The notes: generated by a model from the sequence alone, not told the origin. A stretch of DNA of 32,000 nt from Methanobrevibacter olleyae (GCF_900114585.1 NZ_FOTL01000021.1:6746-38745); one strand, 5' to 3'. Shown: positions 1 to 9,600, counted from the stretch's first letter. Program-made: numbers and translations.

Positions 1-2
1 AA

Positions 3-3000
3 TGGTACACTTTAGATGAGTATATTTCTGAGTTTTTCAATCCAAATAATAATCGTACAATTGGTATTTTAGAAAGTACTATGTATATTTCATCTCAGCA
101 GTTACATCCATGTAATAAAATTATGGAATATTTAGAATCAAAAGGATATAATGTTATACCTGTTTTTGCTGCAGGAGCTACACCTGAACAATTAAAAGTT
201 ATGGTTGAATCTTTTACTAGTGCAGGTACTAATGTATCAGGATTCATTTCAAACTCATCTAACTATGATATTTATGTTGATGCTATCATATCTGTTGTAG
301 CATATGGTGTTGGCGGAGAAAATTTCACAGCTACTAAAAAATTTTTTGAAGAACTTGGTGTTCCAGTATTTAGAGCCGTTCATTCTGATTATGTTTCTAA
401 TGAAAAATGGGAATTAGGAACTACTGGTTTAACTAGTGAAAGAAGTGATAAATGGTGGCATGTCTCTATTGCTGAAGCTCAAGGAATCATTGATGCAACA
501 TTTATCGGCGGTGCCGCTTTTTATATCTCAAATACTACTGGCGCTAGAATTTTAACTTATATTCCCCACAAGGAAAATATTGAACTACTATGTGATAGAA
601 TTGATTCATGGGTTGATTTACAATATATGAATAATAGTGAAAAACTTATTTCATTAATTTATTATAACTACCCTCCTGGAAAACAAAACATTGGATCCAG
701 TTATTTAGATACTATTACAAGTATTTATAACATGCTTTATACTTTAAATGCAGCAGGTTATAATCTTGGTGAATTACCTTCAAGTGTATCTGAATTAGAA
801 GATTTAATGTTAAAATGTGGTATCAATGTTGCTACTTGGGCTCCAGGAGAACTTGAAAAGTTAGCAAACCAATCTAATATTGTTTTACTACCGGTTAGTG
901 AATATACCGATTGGTTTAATACATTACCTGAAATTGTAAAAATCCAGGTAAAACAAGGCCCTATCCCATATATCGGTGAACTAGCTAAAAGAGCAGTTGA
1001 GTTAAAATATACAGTTACTATTGGAGATACAATAGATGATTGGTATAACCAGATTGTTGCTCTACTTCCAGAAGATAAAGCAGTTGAGGCAACTAAAATA
1101 TTAGATAATATTGTTGCATCTTTAAAAAATTATACCGCCACATATGATGAGGGGCATTATAATTCATTCTTACAATATTATGAAGAATTTAAAGAACTAA
1201 ATGTTGAAGGATTAACAGGTTGGGGTGATTCTCCAGGAAATGTTATGGTTGTTAATAGGGATAGTATTGATTACTTTGTTATTCCTGGTTTAAAATTTGG
1301 TAACATTTACATAGCTCCAGAACCTCAAAGAGGATGGGAATCTGATATTGAAAATCTTTATCATTGTACTGCTGTTGCACCTACCCACCAATATTTAGCA
1401 GCTTACTATTATATGCAAACTTATTATCCCAATGGGATGGTATTTGTAGGAAGGCATGCAACTCACGAATGGTTACCTGGTAAAGAAATTCTTTTATCTT
1501 CAACTGATTATGGATCTATCGTTGTAGGTAAAGCACCTCAATTGTATTTCTATATTAGTGATGGTTTAGGAGAAGCTATTCAAGCTAAAAGAAGAGGATT
1601 CGCTGTTATAATTTCACATTTAACTTCTCCATTATCCTATACTCATCTATATGGCAATTTAACTGTTGCAGCTAATTTAATAGAGGAATACTTAAATTCA
1701 AATAATCAAAATTTAAAAGATGAAATTAGTGAAGAATTACGTAATTTAATTATTGATAATGATTATTCAATGAACCTTGGTTTAACTAAAGAAGAGGTTC
1801 AAAATCTTTCATCAGATGAATTGTTAAATAAAGTAAATAATTTCTTAAAGTCAGCTCAATCTACAATATACCCTTTAGGTCTTCATGCTATTGGACAGTA
1901 TTGGAATGAACAAGATTTAGCAAGTACTGTTACAGTTATGATGTCCTTTGATTTTGATTTAAAAAATAATAAGGGTGAAACAAACCTCTTTAAAGAACTT
2001 TCTAAAGTTTACTTTAATTCAGATTACAACAGTTTAACAGCTTTTGAAAGAGAATTCATATTAAATAGAGCTTATGATATTTCTAAAGCTTTAATTTACT
2101 GGGATGTTGAAACAGTACACTACGTTTTGATAGATTCAAATAGGGGATTAAATAATTCTAACTTTACAGCATGTTTAAATTTAGCTAAAGAATATATAAA
2201 TTTAATTAATGCTAGTATTCAAGCAGAATTAGATGGAATGCTTGACGGTTTAAATGGGAAATATATTCCAATTAGTGAAGGTGGAGAGATTATTGCAAAA
2301 CCTAGCATTATGCCAACTGGAAGAAATATGTTCCAAGACCAATCATGTGAACTTCCAACACAAGAAGCTTATGAATATGCTAAAATCCTCGCACTTTTAA
2401 CATTATCAGATTTAAATGATACTACTGAAAAAATTATAATGGGGATTTGGTGTGTTGAAACTGCAAGAGACGATGGCGCTTTAGTTTCCACAGTTCTTTA
2501 TTTACTTGGAATGAAACCTGTATGGACAGATTCACCAAGTGCAGGTATTGATGATAATCATGACCACGATGATGAATCTACAAGTGGTAAAAAAGTTAAA
2601 AATATGCCAGTATATCTAAAATTAGAAGATTTAGAACGTCCTGAAGCTTGGGCTAAAAAAAGAATTGATCTTACAATAATTACAAGTGGATTGTTTAGAG
2701 ATCTATACTCCTCTCAAACAATTCTTCTTGACAATGCATTTAGAGTTGCACTAGCAAGATCTTATCTTACCATTACCTCTAATAAAACATTAATGGATGG
2801 TGAATATGGAGTTCAAGTTAAAGAAGCTATTGATTATATAATGGAAGGAATTGGATATTATGGAGTTAGTGGTGCTTATAGAGAATCCTTAGAAGATAAT
2901 TATGTAGCTAAACATTGGCTTGAAGATTGTTTATACTATTTAAGCATTGGTTATAATGCAACTTATGCAGGCGAATGTGCTATTACAAGAATTTTCGCAC

Positions 3001-4364
3001 CGCCTAATGGAGATTATGGTGCAGGTATATCTAAATTAGTGTCAATGTCTTGGACTTGGAATACAACTGATGAATTAGCTGATTTCTACTTAGGAAGAAT
3101 GGGCAATATGTATTCTAAAAACTACTGGGGAGATACCAATCCATTAGTATTCTTAAGGGCATTATCTAATTCAGATACAATTATAGCTAGTCGTAACACT
3201 AATCAATATGGAGTACTTGACAATGATGACTTCTTTGATTATTGGGGCGGTTTATCAATGACTGTCGAAAAAATCTCTGGTAAAGCTCCTAAGTTCAATG
3301 TTTTAATGTATGCTAATAGAAACAATGCTTATATTTCATCTTTAGAAGAAGTAATGTATCAAGAAATTGCAGCAAGGTATGATAATCCTGAATGGATTAA
3401 AGGAATGATGGGTGAAGGTTACAGTGGAGCTCGTTATATATCAAATAAATTTGTAACTAATTTATATGGTTGGCAAGTAACTAGGCCTTCTGCAGTAAGT
3501 GATGATTTATGGAATAGACTTTACAATACTTATTATAATGATAAATATGATTTAGGTGTTAAAGAGTGGTTAAAAACTGGAAATAATGCATATTCACTTA
3601 TTTCTATGAGTGGAACCATGCTAACTACAATTAAAGAAGGTTATTGGAATGCAGATGATGCAACTATAAGAGATATTGCAAATACATGGGCACAAGCTAC
3701 AGTTCAAAATGGTGTAGCATGTTGTGATTGTAGTTGTGGAAATATTGCGATGATGCAATGGGCAATTCAATATGTAAATCCAGATATTTTAGCTCAATTA
3801 TTACCAAAACTATATGAATCTACTAGAAATCCAGTATTTTTAAATAATAGTCAAAATGTCCAACCACAGGATAAGGAGGATGGTTCAAATACTGAAGCTT
3901 CATCCCCAAATCCAGTTGAAGGCTCTGATTCAGCAAAAGTTATTGCTTCAAATTCTACAACAACTACAGAAACTAACTCACAAAGTAGTAGTAGCAGCAG
4001 TAGTAGCAGCAGTAGCAGTAGCAGCAGTTCACAAAATTCAATAAACTCTAGAGGAGAATCAGCATCAAATGTAGGAGTTGATGGTCAAATTGGCAATCCA
4101 CAAGGACAATCTGCTTCAGATGGTGGTGAAAAGGGCGAAGCTGGAGAGGTAGCTAGTTCTTCCTCACAAGGTGCTGATGTTAAAAGAGCAGTAGAAATAA
4201 ATCCAATCACAGCAAAATCAGCAAGTAAAGTTGGTTTATCAATAATTGCAGTAATTGGAGTATTATGTTTAATAGGAGTAATCGCTTTAGGTTACTTTAG
4301 AAACAGAGATGATGAAGAAAAAATTAAAGATTTAGATAAATTATACAATGAAAAAGTTATTTAA
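3..4364 (+). CDS. CobN/Mg-chelatase-family large-subunit homologue, 5'-truncated by the window edge, with a C-terminal Ser/Thr/Asn-rich linker and a single TM anchor
   Basis: The reading frame is open from nt 3 (no stop between 3 and the ATG at 81), so the true start lies upstream. CobN/ChlH-like blocks are visible: RTIGILES...KIMEYLESKGYNVIPVFA, GRHATHEWLPGK, MPTGRNMFQD, TSGLFRD, YGVLDNDDFFDYWGG. About aa 1245-1370 of the listed ORF is low-complexity S/T/N/Q/G, including 16 consecutive Ser. A hydrophobic helix and a charged tail follow. Confidence 0.85.
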   Translation, partial: WYTLDEYISEFFNPNNNRTIGILESTMYISSQQLHPCNKIMEYLESKGYNVIPVFAAGATPEQLKVMVESFTSAGTNVSGFISNSSNYDIYVDAIISVVAYGVGGENFTATKKFFEELGVPVFRAVHSDYVSNEKWELGTTGLTSERSDKWWHVSIAEAQGIIDATFIGGAAFYISNTTGARILTYIPHKENIELLCDRIDSWVDLQYMNNSEKLISLIYYNYPPGKQNIGSSYLDTITSIYNMLYTLNAAGYNLGELPSSVSELEDLMLKCGINVATWAPGELEKLANQSNIVLLPVSEYTDWFNTLPEIVKIQVKQGPIPYIGELAKRAVELKYTVTIGDTIDDWYNQIVALLPEDKAVEATKILDNIVASLKNYTATYDEGHYNSFLQYYEEFKELNVEGLTGWGDSPGNVMVVNRDSIDYFVIPGLKFGNIYIAPEPQRGWESDIENLYHCTAVAPTHQYLAAYYYMQTYYPNGMVFVGRHATHEWLPGKEILLSSTDYGSIVVGKAPQLYFYISDGLGEAIQAKRRGFAVIISHLTSPLSYTHLYGNLTVAANLIEEYLNSNNQNLKDEISEELRNLIIDNDYSMNLGLTKEEVQNLSSDELLNKVNNFLKSAQSTIYPLGLHAIGQYWNEQDLASTVTVMMSFDFDLKNNKGETNLFKELSKVYFNSDYNSLTAFEREFILNRAYDISKALIYWDVETVHYVLIDSNRGLNNSNFTACLNLAKEYINLINASIQAELDGMLDGLNGKYIPISEGGEIIAKPSIMPTGRNMFQDQSCELPTQEAYEYAKILALLTLSDLNDTTEKIIMGIWCVETARDDGALVSTVLYLLGMKPVWTDSPSAGIDDNHDHDDESTSGKKVKNMPVYLKLEDLERPEAWAKKRIDLTIITSGLFRDLYSSQTILLDNAFRVALARSYLTITSNKTLMDGEYGVQVKEAIDYIMEGIGYYGVSGAYRESLEDNYVAKHWLEDCLYYLSIGYNATYAGECAITRIFAPPNGDYGAGISKLVSMSWTWNTTDELADFYLGRMGNMYSKNYWGDTNPLVFLRALSNSDTIIASRNTNQYGVLDNDDFFDYWGGLSMTVEKISGKAPKFNVLMYANRNNAYISSLEEVMYQEIAARYDNPEWIKGMMGEGYSGARYISNKFVTNLYGWQVTRPSAVSDDLWNRLYNTYYNDKYDLGVKEWLKTGNNAYSLISMSGTMLTTIKEGYWNADDATIRDIANTWAQATVQNGVACCDCSCGNIAMMQWAIQYVNPDILAQLLPKLYESTRNPVFLNNSQNVQPQDKEDGSNTEASSPNPVEGSDSAKVIASNSTTTTETNSQSSSSSSSSSSSSSSSSQNSINSRGESASNVGVDGQIGNPQGQSASDGGEKGEAGEVASSSSQGADVKRAVEINPITAKSASKVGLSIIAVIGVLCLIGVIALGYFRNRDDEEKIKDLDKLYNEKVI
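3984..4028 (+). repeat. In-frame (AGY)15 serine-codon microsatellite inside the CobN-like stalk region
   Basis: The direct read is agtagtagtagcagcagtagtagcagcagtagcagtagcagcagt, followed by tca, giving 16 Ser. Confidence 0.95.
4230..4298 (+). other. Predicted C-terminal transmembrane anchor of the CobN-like protein
   Basis: The 23 hydrophobic residues VGLSIIAVIGVLCLIGVIALGYF are followed by RNRDDEEKIKDLDKLYNEKVI (basic then acidic tail). They are preceded by a long hydrophilic S/T/Q/G linker. Confidence 0.7.
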
Positions 4365-4469
4365 GGTGTTTGAATGGATGTAATTAGTATTTTATGGCAA
4401 TTAGGGATTTTATCTTAAGGTGTTTGAATGGATGTAATTAGCATTTTATGGCAATTAGGGATTTTATCC
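4362..4469 (+). repeat. 54-bp tandem duplication (2 copies) spanning a stop codon, a Shine-Dalgarno and the first 14 codons of the downstream gene
   Basis: Copy 1 (4362-4415) and copy 2 (4416-4469) read taaggtgtttgaatggatgtaattag(t/c)attttatggcaattagggattttatc(t/c). They differ at only two positions (4388/4442 and 4415/4469). Confidence 0.97.
4374..4418 (+). CDS. 14-codon upstream ORF (MDVISILWQLGILS) created by the 54-bp duplication; translation unproven
   Basis: It has its own AAGGTG Shine-Dalgarno (4363-4368) 5 nt before the ATG at 4374. The stop TAA at 4416-4418 is the first triplet of copy 2 and abuts the SD of the real gene. Confidence 0.3.
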   Translation: MDVISILWQLGILS

Positions 4470-5135
4470 GCTGTTTTAATCTTTGGAATTAAATTAGGTT
4501 TAGCTACTGGTTTAGCAAACATGTCTAAAAAGTATTTGGCTTTAGTTTCAATCGGGTATGGTGCTGGAGTTTTAATTTTAACTGAAATTGCTTCATTTTA
4601 TACAACAGTAATAACTGATTTAATTTATTCATATAATTTTGAATTCTTTTTAATAATGGCAATTATTATGATTTTAGCAGGTATCTTCACAATTAGGGAA
4701 TACAAAGTATTTGAGAGAAATACAACTGCAGCAACATGTATGGCTGTTATTGCACCATGTCCATGTTGTTTTGGATCAATTTTAGTAAGTATATTGTTAG
4801 TAGCTCCTACTGTGGGATTAGGTCTTATGAATCTAAGTGCCATAGTAGCTTCAGCATTAGTTTTAACTATTGTGGGAACTTACTTTGCATCAAATTTCTT
4901 GATAAAGTTCATCAATAAGCCTTATCCAATAGTTTTAGGTAATTTCATGTTCTTTTTAGGAATTTACTTCTTATTATCTGCTTTATTCCTTCCAAATATC
5001 ACTGCTATGATTCAAAATCCAATGAATGAAATATCAATCGCATCTGTTGATTATTTAAGTATTGCAATAATTGTGATACTGGTTTTTATGGCAATAGGTG
5101 GGATTATATCCAAGAGAAATACTAATTTTAGGTGA
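4428..5135 (+). CDS. Polytopic membrane protein with an intramembrane Cys cluster C-x6-C-P-C-C (DUF2162-like, function unknown)
   Basis: AAGGTG SD at 4417-4422. The 235-aa product is almost entirely hydrophobic with roughly 6-7 predicted helices. The motif ATCMAVIAPCPCCFGSILV lies at codons 104-114. Confidence 0.85.
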   Translation: MDVISILWQLGILSAVLIFGIKLGLATGLANMSKKYLALVSIGYGAGVLILTEIASFYTTVITDLIYSYNFEFFLIMAIIMILAGIFTIREYKVFERNTTAATCMAVIAPCPCCFGSILVSILLVAPTVGLGLMNLSAIVASALVLTIVGTYFASNFLIKFINKPYPIVLGNFMFFLGIYFLLSALFLPNITAMIQNPMNEISIASVDYLSIAIIVILVFMAIGGIISKRNTNFR

Positions 5136-5141
5136 TTATTT

Positions 5142-5786
5142 ATGGTTACATCCGTTCCAGGTAGTGAAATTATAACTTCAGGGCTAAATATGATTTCCCA
5201 GAGTTTACAGATTCCTGTAATAATCTTTTTACTTATCTTTGCAATTTTTGCAGTAATTACATTGGGAGGCCTTGTATCTGAATATAGTTCTCGAAGAAAG
5301 ATTTCAGTAGATTCACTTGAAAAAATCATCTATTCAATAACAAATGCAAACTCCTATGATGAAATCTTAAGCATTGTTAAAAATGCAAGAATATACGAAT
5401 CACAAAAAGTAATTTTAATTAAAGTTTTACGTGCAAATTCATTACCTAGCGAAGCTAGACATACTTTAGCTAAAAAATTAATTGAAGTAGAAGAAGATAA
5501 ATTTACTAAAATAATTGAAAAAACAGATATTGTAACAAAAATTGGCCCCACTCTTGGATTAATGGGTACGCTTATTCCTATGGGTCCGGGACTTGCTGCA
5601 TTAGGTGCTGGTGATGTTAATACATTAGCTAATGCAATCATTGTTGCTTTTGATACAACTGTTGTAGGTATTGGATCTGGTGCTGTTGCATACTTTGTCT
5701 CTAAAGTAAGACGTAGATGGTATGAAGAATATTTATCCGATTTAGATGCTCTAATTGATGTAATATTGGTTAAATTGAAAAATTAG
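5142..5786 (+). CDS. MotA/TolQ/ExbB-family proton-channel protein
   Basis: The AGGTGAT SD overlaps the upstream TGA stop, leaving a 6-nt gap. There is one N-terminal TM and two C-terminal TMs. The family-typical block is KIGPTLGLMGTLIPMGPGLAALG followed by AIIVAFDTTVVGIGSGAVAYF. Confidence 0.8.
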   Translation: MVTSVPGSEIITSGLNMISQSLQIPVIIFLLIFAIFAVITLGGLVSEYSSRRKISVDSLEKIIYSITNANSYDEILSIVKNARIYESQKVILIKVLRANSLPSEARHTLAKKLIEVEEDKFTKIIEKTDIVTKIGPTLGLMGTLIPMGPGLAALGAGDVNTLANAIIVAFDTTVVGIGSGAVAYFVSKVRRRWYEEYLSDLDALIDVILVKLKN

Positions 5787-5797
5787 AGGTTTTTCCA

Positions 5798-6130
5798 ATG
5801 GTTAGAGAAAAAAATAAAAAAAGATTTGCTGAAGGTGAAGATGACCCTATGTCAGGTACAACAAATCTTGTAGATGCAATGCTAGTTATTGCAGTAGGAC
5901 TTTTAATTTTTGTTGTAATTAGTTGGAATATGCAAAGTGTAATATTTCAAGATAATTCTCAAAATCCAAACCAAGCTATTCAAGACTCACAGCAAACCAC
6001 TGAAGTTAGTGAGGGACAAGTATTAAATGAAACCCCAGATACATCTAATACATCAGGAAAAGGATATATGGAAATGGGTAAAGTTTATAAAGATCCTTCA
6101 ACGGGTAAATTGATTATGGTTGAAGAATAA
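5798..6130 (+). CDS. Small single-pass membrane protein, ExbD/TolR-like (DUF2149-like)
   Basis: The GAGGT SD (5786-5790) overlaps the upstream TAG, leaving an 11-nt gap. The N-terminus DPMSGTTNLVDAMLVIAVGLLIFVV resembles the ExbD/TolR N-terminal helix with its conserved Asp. The external domain is short and Q/S/T-rich. Confidence 0.65.
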   Translation: MVREKNKKRFAEGEDDPMSGTTNLVDAMLVIAVGLLIFVVISWNMQSVIFQDNSQNPNQAIQDSQQTTEVSEGQVLNETPDTSNTSGKGYMEMGKVYKDPSTGKLIMVEE

Positions 6131-6420
6131 TTTAATATTTATATATTTTCTTCTATAGTTTCTTCTTTCTTTTCATTATAAAAAAATTATCTTTAATTTT
6201 TCAATTTTTTACTTTTATATTAAAATTATTTTTAATTTATTTATTATTTTTCACAATACTTTTTTAATATTTTTCTCATTTTTCTAATTATTTTTTAATT
6301 TTATAATTTATTTTAGACTTATTTTTAATTCTCTCCCTATTTTACTTATTTTTTTAATTTATAGTTAATTTTATACCTCTTTTTTGATTTATATGATATC
6401 ATATTCTTTTTTTTAAATTT
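6131..6420 (+). terminator. T-rich tract with multiple oligo-T runs downstream of the four-gene cluster (archaeal oligo-T termination signals)
   Basis: The sense strand is strongly T-biased with many T5-T7 runs (for example caatttttt, ctttttt, attttttaatttt, atttttttaattt). The motif TTATTTTT(T)AATT recurs about 4-5 times. Confidence 0.4.
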
Positions 6421-6618
6421 AAATTATTGAGTATTATTTTTTAAGCTAAATTAGGTCATTTAGTAATAATATAATTAATTTTAAATATATTATTAAACAA
6501 TAATATAGTATATATGTAGTAATAATTGTATTCATTTTTTTATTACATATGAAATAGTGAATAATTTTTATTATTTTTAAATTAATTTGCTATTTTTATA
6601 AAAATTTGGAGGAATTTT

Positions 6619-9600
6619 TTGCGAAACAATGTTAAGAATTCATCGTTATTTTTAATATTGCTAATTGTATTAGTTTTATCTATATCTTCGACTTTTGCAC
6701 AAGATTTAGATAATTCCACTGATGATTTAGCTGTTTATAATGATGGTGAATCTATTTCAATTGAAAATCAAGACTATGAATACGAAGATATATCTAGTGT
6801 AAATGATGATGTTTATACTGCAGAGAGTACCTCTGTAGTAAATGATGACGAATATGAAACGGATACTTTATCTGTAGCTAATGAGGGGCCAAATGCTATG
6901 GATACTGTATATAGCGTAAATTATGAAGAAAACTTAGGTTATGGTGAAACTGTCCCACCTATGCCTGAAGTAGATAGTGGTGTTGTTTCAGGAGGTATTG
7001 ATTTCACTGCTGTTAATCCTTGGACTACATCAGGTAATTTAGTTTATACCATTCCAGATGGAATGACAAACCTTAAATCAGCAATTGTAATTGTTAATGT
7101 CTATTCTGGTAGTGGTGCTAATACTTATGCTCTTTATTCTAATGTATCTTTAGATACTAAAAATGGATTAGAGGAATTAGGATATGAAGCATTATACTTT
7201 GATACAACAACTACTAATGACCCTAATGTTTATCTCATCAATGATCATACTACAAAGCAATATTCCGATTGTCAAATGGTTTATAACATCACCAATAAAG
7301 TAAATAGTCTAAGTTCTGGAGATTTAATTAAAATTAATGTTGTTGACTCTCCATATCCAGATAAAAATTTCGATGGAAAAATTAAGTTAATTTCTTTATT
7401 ATTTGCATTTGATGATGGAGATAATGATAAATATGCTTACTGGTTACATGCTGGTCAATTATGGACTCAAGATACTGCTAATTTTGATTTCAATACTCAA
7501 GATTATACCGGTGCAACAAACAATATGACTTTAAGAACTATTGCTTTATCAAGTTCAGTTGCTAATTCTTATAAAATAAACAATATTACAGCTCCTTATG
7601 ACTCATCAAGTCAAGGTTCTTATTATTTAGATATCAAATGGAATAATCTTAGAACTTATTTCAATGAAGGAAATAAGACTAACTTCTGGTATCAAAATAC
7701 TGCTGCTTCATATAAAACAAATGTTGCTTTATTAACTGCAAGCGAACTTGAATCTGAACAACCTTTAACTGAAGTTTATGTTGATTATGCTAATGGTAAT
7801 GATGGTAACCTTGGTACTAGTCTTTCTACTGCTTTCAAAACTATTTCTCATGCCTTAAGTGTTGTAGAAGAAAATGGTATTATTAATATAAATGGCGTTA
7901 ATTATTTAGATGATGTTGATGTTAATGGTTTAAACATTGATAAAAACATTTCAATTATTGGTTTAGGTGATGATGCTACTATTGATGCTAAAAATATTAG
8001 TAGAATATTCAATATCGGCGCTTACACTGTTAACTTATCTAATTTAGCATTTACTAATGCTAATGTTGCTAGTGCTAGTGATAAACGTGGAGGGGCACTA
8101 TGGGTTAATGGTGCTACTTTAACTATCGATAATTGTAAATTTATTAATAACACTGCAGGTGCTAGTTCATCTTATGGTGGAGCTATTAATTTAAAATCAA
8201 CCAGTACAACTATTAAAAACTCATACTTCGAAAACAATTCAGCATTTTATACAGGTGGTGGAATAAATGCTGAAAATAACAATGTCTTATTAAATATTTC
8301 TGATAGTATTTTCACTCTTAATGAAGTTTTAAATACTGGTTGGGCAACTGGTGCTGGAATTTGTGCATATAATACTGTAATAATTGATAGATCCTCATTT
8401 TACGGCAATAAGTTAGCAGAAGGTAAAAATGGTAGGTCTATTAATGAATATTCAACTGGTAATTTAACCATCACTAATTCTATTTTATTAGATGGAACTA
8501 ACTCTGTTTATGTAACAACTGGCCCTACTACTTTAGAAAACAATTGGTGGGGAAATAACGACACTACCAAAGATTCAACTCCTAAAGACTTAGGATACAC
8601 AAATGCAGATCTAAGTTCATACTTATACCTTAATATGACTGCTTTTGCTAGTGGCATGGGTGTAGGTGATACTGCATCTATTAATATTAATTTAGTTTCA
8701 ACTGATGATGAAACAATTAATATAATGAACTTGCCAGCTACACTTACTGCTGTAAATGGTAATGTTAATCCAGAAGAAACTGAACTTGTAAACGGTCTAG
8801 GTTCTGCAGTATACACAATCACAACTGCTGGTGACAATTCTGTAACCGTCCATGTTTTAGGTATTGAAGATACTTATTCATTATCTTCTGAGGATATTAT
8901 TTCTACTGAAGTTGTTTATGTAAATTCTACTGGCGGATCTGATACAAATCCAGGAAATAGTTGGGATAATGCTGTTAAAACAATTGAAAAGGCAATAAGC
9001 ATTGTAGATGATAATGGCACTATTTATGTTGCAGATGGTCTTTATCAATTAAGCGATTCAACTCCTGCAACTGGTATTGCAATAACTAAAAATATTTCTA
9101 TTATTGGCCAAAGTGTAAATGCAGTAATTTCTGGTGGAAATACAAAAAGAATATTCACCATAGGCGTAAATAAAACTTTAAATATCACTAGTTTAACTTT
9201 AACAAATGCTCATGCTTCAGGCTCAGCCTACGACTTTGGTGGAGCTATTTTAATTGAAGATAGCGGAAATACTAATCCTATCGTTGCTGGAAATTTAATA
9301 ATAACTGATTCTGTAATTTCTAACTCCTATGCATCTTATGGTGGTGCTATTGGTACTAATAGAGGAACAATTGATAATATTAACAATGTAACATTTATTA
9401 ACAATAGTGCTTTATCAGGCGGAGTCTTTTATATACAACAAAAAGGAACTTTAACCATTGGGGACAATTGTAAGTTTATAAATAACACTGCTAGTGGTCG
9501 TGGTTCTGTAACTTATGCTCAAGCAAAAGTAACTACTGGTAAAAATAATTTCTTCTATGGAAATATTGCAACTGGAAATTATGGTTACGGTACTGTATTT

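Noticed and set aside
3856-4044. A 62-aa plus-strand ORF overlapping the CobN-like gene in another frame (MSNHRIRR...VVAAVVAAVAVAAV).
   Set aside because: It lies entirely inside the long CobN-like ORF. Its Val/Ala run is simply the out-of-frame reading of the (AGY)n serine repeat, and it has no SD.
3-4364. Annotating the CobN-like gene as the genuine cobaltochelatase CobN of B12 synthesis.
   Set aside because: There are no CobS/CobT or ChlI/ChlD partners in the cluster. The host is apparently an anaerobic methanogen, which uses the early-cobalt-insertion route with CbiX-type chelatases. The stalk and TM anchor do not fit a soluble cytoplasmic enzyme. The family-level call was kept instead.
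4625-5641. Track ORFs 4625-4843(-), 4736-4918(+), 5051-5329(-) and 5354-5641(-) overlapping the membrane-protein genes.
   Set aside because: They are antisense or alternate-frame readings of well-supported genes, with low-complexity or hydrophobic mirror sequences and no ribosome-binding sites.
6391-6404. The perfect 14-bp palindrome ATATGATATCATAT upstream of the first adhesin-like gene, as a regulator binding site.
   Set aside because: It is a single occurrence in a stretch that is nearly all A+T, where such palindromes arise readily by chance. There is no partner site or conservation evidence.
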